Below the pieces are notes generated by a model, which saw only the letters and a list, made by a program, of their open reading frames with translations, was not told the origin of the DNA and did not search any database. 64,000 nucleotides of DNA. It comes from Cyanophora paradoxa CCMP329. Taxonomy: Eukaryota > Plantae > Glaucophyta. Below, piece by piece: positions 57,365 to 64,000 of this stretch; positions within the stretch are counted from its first letter, which is position 1; each line of letters starts with the position of its first letter. A program made the position numbers and the translations under genes. The stretch is taken from NCBI GenBank assembly GCA_004431415.1, contig QPMI01000268.1, forward strand, positions 1-64,000. Reading direction: 5' to 3'.

Positions 57365-59075
57365 ATGCTTCGTTCGGTCGTTGTAGCGCGCCCTGTCGCC
57401 GCATCGGCCGCACGGCCGCTGGTGCGGCGCGCCTCGTCGGCGCCGGCGGCGGCTGTCACCCCCGCCTCGCACTGCGCGGAGATGGTCCGGTGCGAGCGAG
57501 CGCCGGCACCTGCGCCCCCCGGGCGCCCGGCGCGTGCCCGACGGATGGCGGCGGCAGCTCGCAGGACCGCGAGCAGTTCCTCGTCGGCCTCTTCTACCCG
57601 GACGCCGGTGCGCCCCGCCCCGCCCCGCCCCGCCGCCCTCCCCGCAGCCCACGCACGCGCGCGGTGCGGCAGCGCGGCCGTCGTTCTACGCGCTGCGGGC
57701 CTTCAACATCGAGACGGCGCGCATCGCCGACGTGGCCAAAGGCAGCGTCGACGTCGGCCGCCTCCGCATGCAGTGGCCCGCCCCCGCCCGCCCCCGCCCG
57801 GCCCCGCCCGGCCCCGCCCGGCCCCGCCCGGCCCCGCCGCTGCTTGCCCCCTCTCTCTGAGCGCGCCGCCGCAGGTGGCGCGAGGCGGTCGATGCGATCT
57901 ACAAGGTGCCAGCGTACCCCCGCCCTAGGCCTCCCCCCGCCGCCGCCTCTGCCGCCGACGACCGCCCGCCTCCGCCCCGCAGGACGCCCCGCCGCACATG
58001 GCGCGCCTCCCTCCGTTCATCCGCCCACGCGCGCGCGGGGCGCCGGACTGAGAGCAGGGGGCGCAGCACGTGACGCAGATGTTGCACCACGCAGTGCGGA
58101 AGCACAAGCTCAGCCGCCGCTGGCTCGACCGCCTCCTCGACGCCCGAGAGAAGGCCCGCCCCCGCCCCCGGCCCGAGCCGCCCCGCCGCCTCTTCTCCTC
58201 CGCGCTGACCGGGCGCGGCGCGGGGCGCTGCGCAGGACCTGGTGACGGGGCAGCCGGTCTCGGTGGAGGACCTCGAGGCCTACGCCGAGAACACCGCCTC
58301 CTCCCTCGCCTACCTCGCCCTCGAGGTGCCATCGAGAAGTCGCCCCGCCCGGGTTCGAGCCCGCGCCGAGCGCCGCGCAGACCTGCGGCGTGCGGAACGT
58401 CCACGCCGACCACGCCGCCTCCCACCTCGGCGCGCCCCCCGCCACACTAGATCCGCGTACCCCGCCCCCCGTCTTTGAACCGCGTACCCCCCAGGCAAGG
58501 CCTCCGGGCTCGTCTCGCTCATCCGGGGTACGCCCTTCCACGCCAGCAAGGGCCGCATCTACATCCCACGCGCCCTCTGCGCCAAGGCGTGCCCGCTCCC
58601 CTCGTATCCTGTACCCCTTCCCCCGCTCACGTACCCCCAGTACGACGTGAAGCCGGAGGACGTGAAGGGGGGCAAGAGCCCCCCGAACGTCCGCGAGGCC
58701 CTCTTCGAGCTCGCATCGCGGTAACCCCCGCTCCTCCCCCCCCCTTCTGACCCCCCCCCCCCCCTCCTGACCCCCCCCCCCCCCCCCCCCCCCGCAGGGC
58801 GAACTCGCACCTGCAGAAGGCGCGGGCGATGGCGGGGAGCGTCCCCAAGGAGTCCCTCCCCGTCCTCCGCGCCGCCGTCCGCCCCGCCCACCCCTTTCTT
58901 CTCTCGTTCGCTCTGAGGGGCTGGGCGGGGGCGAGGGGGGCAGATCCCTGTCGAGGAGTACCTCGAGCGGCTGCGCAAGGCCGACTTCGACGCCTTCGAC
59001 TCGGGGGTCGCCTCGGGCCCGCCCTTGCCCCTCCAGCTCCGCCTCACCTGGGCCCGCATCCGCTCCACCTTCTGA
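57365..59075 (+). CDS. NDUFAF6: Complex I assembly factor 6 (squalene/phytoene synthase fold) with mitochondrial presequence
   Basis: HCAEMVRSQDREQFL..YALRAFNIETARI..GRLRMQWWREAVDAIY..WLDRLLDAREKDL..LEAYAENTASSLAYLALE..DHAASHLGKASGL..ANSHLQKAR..YLERLRKADFDAF. 11 introns. Confidence 0.95.
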
Positions 59076-59362
59076 CCCCGCCCCCGCCGTGAACCGTGCA
59101 CGCGATGGGGCGTCGACGGCGTCGAGCTTAATTATTAAGAAATGCATCGCGGTGTGTGAGAGTGTCGCGGGCCAGGGCGCGCCAGCGCTCGGGTTCGATC
59201 GCGATTTACCATCTGAATTCGAAGTGAAAAACAAGAGCAAATTAAAGCTGGAGATAACAGGGGGCGCGCTATCCGATGCAGGGGCCGCTGCAGCGTTGAC
59301 GGCCGGGCTAGAATCGATATCGAAGGCGGGATGCCTAGGGGGCGTGGGGGCGGGGCGGGGCG

Positions 59363-62110
59363 CTAGGCGGCGAGGGCGCGGAGGGCGTCGAAAGCGGCCT
59401 TTGGGGCGGAGGGGGAGAGGAGGCGGAGGGCGAGGGCGGCGCCCTGCCGCTGCTCCTCCCGCGACTTCCACTTCTCGATCCGCTGCAGCAGCAGCAGCTG
59501 CCGCGGAGGAGCGCGTTAGCTCGGGGTGGGTGGAATAAGCTAGCTAAGCCTGGCGGGGGCGGCCGGGCGGGCGGACCCATGTGCGGTCGTCGATGCGGCG
59601 GGGGCGGAGGGCCTCGTCGCCGAGGATCTCCTCGAGGACGCGGAGGCCGTCGAGCAGGCGGCTGTTGTTGCAGTGCGTCTGGTACACGCTCTTCAGCACG
59701 TACGCCGTCGGGCGCAGGCCGAGCTCCCGCAGCGTCCCCGTCGCGTGCCGCGCCGTCGCGTCCGGGTCCCGGCACCGCCCCAGCGCCTGCGCACGAAGGA
59801 GAAGAATGAGGCGGGTCGGGTCGGGGCGGGGGGAGAGGGAGGCGTGAGCAATCGAGCGAGCGGGGGCACCTCGATGGCCTTGGCCATGACGTGGGGGTCG
59901 AGGAGGGGGCGGCCGCCCCAGCGGCCGGCCATGACCCCCGCGAGCACCTCCTCGACCCGCTCCTTCGCCTCCCGCTTCCGGAAGAGCCCGTACTGGTCTG
60001 CCCGCCCCGCCCCGCCCTCAGCCAACTGGAAGAAAGAGAGAGAGAGCTCGGGGCGGAGGCGCGGGGCACCGAATATGGTGGCGAGGACGCGTGAGTCGAT
60101 GGGGCAGCGCCCCGCGTCGGCCCCCTCGAGCACGCGCCGCACCGTCGCGTCCATCCGCCCGTAGTCCCCCGCCTTCTGGTAGCACTGCGGAGGGGGGGAG
60201 AGAGGCCGTCAGCGAAGGCCGGCGCCGCGCCCCAGGGAAAGGCGGGGCGGGGCCCGGGGGCGGGGCGCGAGGGGGCGGGCCTCCATCATGGAGCAGAGGA
60301 AGACAGCGTCGGGCTCGACGCCCTCCTCCGCCATCGCCGCCTCCACCGCCGCCGCCCGCAGCACGTCCCCCGCCTGGCCCGGCCGGGCGGTTAGGCGGCG
60401 GGCGGGATGGGGGCGGGCGAGCTGGGGCGGGCGGGCCTTGGCGATGGGCCCGAGGACGACGGTGAAGAGGAAGCAGGAGGCCATCTTCGCATCCCGCGCC
60501 CGCCGCACCCACTCCCGCGCCCGCGTCTCGTCCCCCGCCCCCACGAAGTGCGCCACCTGCCCCGCGGGCGCCGCCCCCCGCCTCGGCCCGGAGCGAGGGA
60601 GGGAGGGCCGCCGGGGCGGGGCGGGCGGAGGGCTGACCACGGTGTTGTAGGAGAAGTCGTTGAAGGGCGTTCCCTCGGCCTCCATCTCCGCCATGAAGAG
60701 GCGGGCGAGGCCGTCGGCCGTGGCCTCGAGGCCGGCGCGCTCGAGGGCGGGGGCGAGGTCCCGCGCCGCCTCCTCCCAGCACGCCAGCGCCAGCTTCAGC
60801 CGCGCCGTCCACGCCATCACCTGCGGGAGAGCTCAGCGAAGGAAAGGGGGGAGGGGCGGCCGAGACTGACCGTGGGCTGGACTTTGAGGTCCCGCATGGC
60901 CTTCCAGTAGGCGCGCCCCGCCTCCCAGTCCGCCGGCTCCGTCCGCCCGCAGCTGCTCAGCTGCGCGCGCCTCGTTCAAAGGGGAAAAGGAGGAGGAAGG
61001 AGGGCGGGGCGGACGAGGGCAGTGAAGAAGGAGGCGTTGGGGGGCACGCCGGCGGCCACGCTGCGCCGCAGCGCCCCCACCGCCTCCGAGAAGCGCCCCG
61101 AGTGCGCGTAGGCGTGCACCTGGCCCCGCGTCGGCGAAGCGAAGAGAGGAGGGGGCGGGCCGGGCGGGGCGGGCGGGGCGGGGGCGGGGGCCGCACGAGG
61201 GGCTGGAAGACGAACTCGGAGAGGGCTCCGGCCTCGGCTGCCTCGGAGACCACCCGCTCCGCCTCCCGCAGCCATGCCCGCCGCTCCTCCTCCCGCGACT
61301 CCTGCGCCCGAAGGCCCCGCAGCCGCCGTCAGCGGAAGCGGGCGGCTTCCGAGCGCTTCAACGCTGATCCCCGCGCGCCTTGTCGAGGGCGAGGTCGCGG
61401 TAGACAGAGACAGCGGCGCCGTAGAGGGCCGCGTCGAACTCGACGGCCCCCGCACCCTCCTCCCCCTCCCGCATCCGCCGCAGCACCGCAGCCGCCTCCC
61501 GCGCCTTCTTCCGCCGCCGCATCCCGTCCAGGAAGGCCGTGCAGAGCGGCGGGGCCGGGGGGGGGAAGCCCTCGTCGCCCTGCAGGCAGCGCCCGAAGAG
61601 GCCGGCCGCCTCGTCGGCGCGCCCCGCCTCCAACAGCGCGCCCAGCAGGTCGGTCAGCTGCGGGCCCGTCGCCTGCCCGGCGCGCCGCCGCCGCTCGAAC
61701 TGCGCCGCGGCCTCGTCCAGCTTCCCCTGCAGCACCAGGCCCTTGACCGACGTACGCCGCCCTGCCTGCCCCGCCACGCCGCCGCCCTCCCGCCCCGCCT
61801 CCTCCTCCTCCTCCTCCTCGTCCGCCACCCGCGCGCTCGACTGCGCCGCCGCCCACCGCGGCTCCGGCGCCGCGGGGGCCCCGCTTGGGGACGCCAGGCG
61901 CAGCCGCCGGGCGCAGCCGAAACGCGACGCCGACCCGAGCTCCCGCGCGCTCGCCGCGAAGCTGCGCGTCCTCGTCGGCACCGTGGCCGCCTCTGGTCGA
62001 CGCTGGCTGGCGCAGCTCGCCACTTCCGCCTCGAAGCACGCGCCCAGGTGGCCGGCGCCCCGGGCCGCCGGCGTGCAGAGCGTGCCGGCAAATGCGGCAA
62101 CCTCCATCAT
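59363..62110 (-). CDS. Pentatricopeptide repeat protein, probably organelle-targeted
   Basis: PPR-like units FQPLVHAYAHSGRFSEAVGALRRSVAAGVPPNASFFTALLSSCGR and AMAEEGVEPDAVFLCSMMECYQKAGD. Ala/Arg/Ser-rich N-terminus beginning MMEVAAFAG. Confidence 0.85.
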
Positions 62111-62776
62111 GCCGCTGCCGCCGGGTCAGCACTCGCCGTAGGACCGCGGATTGGCGGTTGATAGACGATTTGCGATCTAGCGCACCGAAGGTAGGAATCG
62201 CCTCCGCGTGCGCGGTCGGCTGCTCGATCGTTCGCACTGAGCTCTGCAAGCTCTGCGATGCATGCAGGCGGTCAGGGACGGCGGGGACCTCATCGTCACG
62301 CCGCCCGACAGCGCGAAAGGCGGAGACCTGTACGGCGCACCTCTTCGGATGCTCGCGCGCCGCGTCCCGCCGCGCCCTCCAGAGGCCAGCGTTGGAGAGA
62401 TCCCTTCGACCGGCGCTGTACCCCGCTGGAGGCGCCGTACCCCGTTCGCCCACTCGCTTTGCTTCGAAGGGCAACCGCGCCCCGACGGCTGCTGCAGGTC
62501 ACCGGGTTAGCAGGGGAACGCAGCGCTTTGGCTGGAGCGGTTCCGGCGCAGGTCAGGCTCCGATCGGGAGGCCTAGGTTCAGCGTTAACGTTTCAGCTCC
62601 GACGCCGCAGACCCCAGGGCAATACATGTACGTATACAGCGCAGCCTAGCTAGTACATCTCTGCTGCAGGTGTGAGCGACCGCAGCGCTGCAGGTGACTC
62701 GGAGGGGCCTCCGAGCTCGAGTGAGTGAACTCAGCAGTCTCCGCGACAGCGGTAACGTTTGGGCGTCCAGGCGGGC

Positions 62777-64000
62777 ATGGCGGCGGACGAGCGGGATCCG
62801 GAGAGCAACGAGCAGGGGACGACCGTAACAGCGGTCGTCGATTTAGAGGCCTCCCCGCCGCAGTCCGGCGAGCTCGAGCCGCCTTCGAGTTCAGCGGCGC
62901 GGGCGCCGGCTGGCCTGCAGCGGCCGCTCGCCGTCCCTCTTGGCCGTGCCGTTGACGTCGCGATCGCGCCGTCTTTCGTGCACGTGCCACGGTGAGGCCG
63001 ACGCTGGAGCAGTTCATGAGCGACGAGCGCCTCGGCCTGCAGGATCTTCGTGTTAGCGCATTGATAACACAGGCATGCTAGCTGCGGACATCGCAGGAGC
63101 TTGAGCTGGGTCTGTGCTACCTACGGGGGCGACAAGCCTGCGGGCAACGCAGGCGCCGGCAGGGCCCGCTGAAGGGGGGTACGCGGTCCCCCTATCCTGC
63201 CCAAACTACGACGACGAGGCCGGCGTAGCGAGCTGCCTACGAGCAGCGATCGACGCGGACTGCGCCGCAGCTTGGGGGGCGGACTGCGGCAGCATCGTAG
63301 CTGAAACTTGAAATCGCAAGCACCGGTCGTAATCGCAAACATCGCAATCGCAACATCGACATCGTAATCGCAAACATCGTAATCGCAACATCGACATCGT
63401 AATCGGGAGAATGAAATCGCAACATCGTAGATGAGGGATGAAATTAACGACGGCGGAGTTCGGCGCAACTTGGATGAAACTTGAAATCGTAATCGCAACA
63501 TTCGTAGCTGAAACTTGAAATCGTAATCGCAACATCGTACTACTACGTAATCGCAACATCGTACTACTACTATTCTACCAGCTGCGATGGATTCCACGCG
63601 GCACAGCATCGTCAGGAGCTCCGCCTGGCTCCCGCTCAGCTCCGTTTCCTGCAACGGCCCTCCCCTCACTGTTAGCGACAAACGCTGTGGGCGATTACAC
63701 CGACCCCGAGGGCCACCTCCGCAACTGGATGTGCGTCCCGCAGAGCTCGGCCCACGCGCTCGGCTCCCCGCCCCGCGCCCCGTCTGAGCCAGTCTCCGGC
63801 CTTCGAGCTTCGCGGCGCCGGCGCAGGGCCTGGTTCCACAACTTCGCGGCGGTGGGAGCCATCGTCGTCGCCCTCATCGCCTCCCGCTGGCGCCGCCTCC
63901 CCCTCTGCAAGCACTGGTTCCTCTTCGGCGGTGCGCAGGCCCGGCCCCCGCGATCGCCTCCGCCGCCGCCGCCGCCGCCGAGCGCGCGGGGGCCGGGGCG
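62777..64000 (+). CDS. Multi-exon membrane protein of unknown function; runs off the window end
   Basis: MAADERDPES.. exon with a GT donor. Later exons TNAVGDYTDPEGHLRNWM|AWFHNFAAVGAIVVALIASRWRRLPLCKHWFLFG. Phase around 63100-63650 is unresolved. Confidence 0.5.
63293..63575. repeat. AT-rich minisatellite of ATCGTAATCGCAAC / GCTGAAACTTGAA units inside the last gene
   Basis: Directly visible and compositionally unlike the flanking exons. Confidence 0.9.

Noticed and set aside
63293-63575. CRISPR-like or telomere-like array
   Set aside because: Units are irregular with no unique spacers and no cas genes, the context is eukaryotic, and it is not a telomeric motif.
1-64000. Long overlapping Arg/Pro/Gly/Ala-rich ORFs on both strands (e.g. 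18174-20153, 9915-11507, 31762-33387)
   Set aside because: They are by-products of very high GC and stop-poor introns. Coherent proteins appear only after splicing.

Overview
This is GC-rich eukaryotic nuclear DNA, not prokaryotic. Genes are split into many short exons by roughly 55-110 nt introns, so the six-frame ORF track mostly shows spurious Arg/Pro/Gly/Ala ORFs. I reconstructed the genes by hand-splicing, so boundaries are approximate. A glaucophyte or other archaeplastid alga is my inference from intron style and a PPR protein with a Phe-near-start presequence; it is not verified. Recognisable genes are a secreted mucin-like protein, a p25/EF-hand-like protein, a TM-dCache-TM-HAMP class III adenylyl cyclase, PEMT, a C2HC zinc-finger protein, a 2-TM ERGIC-like protein, a TPR/ankyrin protein (tandemly duplicated), a Cys-rich secreted protein, a senescence/spartin-domain protein, NDUFAF6 and a PPR protein. 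An intronic snoRNA cluster sits at 24.2-24.6 kb. Two TE-rich islands (about 6.2-16 kb and 34-53 kb) hold an intact non-autonomous CACTA element, two poly(A)+TSD retro-insertions, a MITE, a 2-kb inverted repeat and a 6.2-kb tandem duplication with template-switch junctions. Three signals stand out. (1) A recurrent X -> X-revcomp(X)-X micro-insertion carpets non-genic DNA with palindromes and is visible by comparing paralogous copies. (2) Close to half of the introns checked have GC donors with a degenerate GY(C/G)CG consensus. (3) A non-coding host transcript carries a polycistronic intronic snoRNA cluster.
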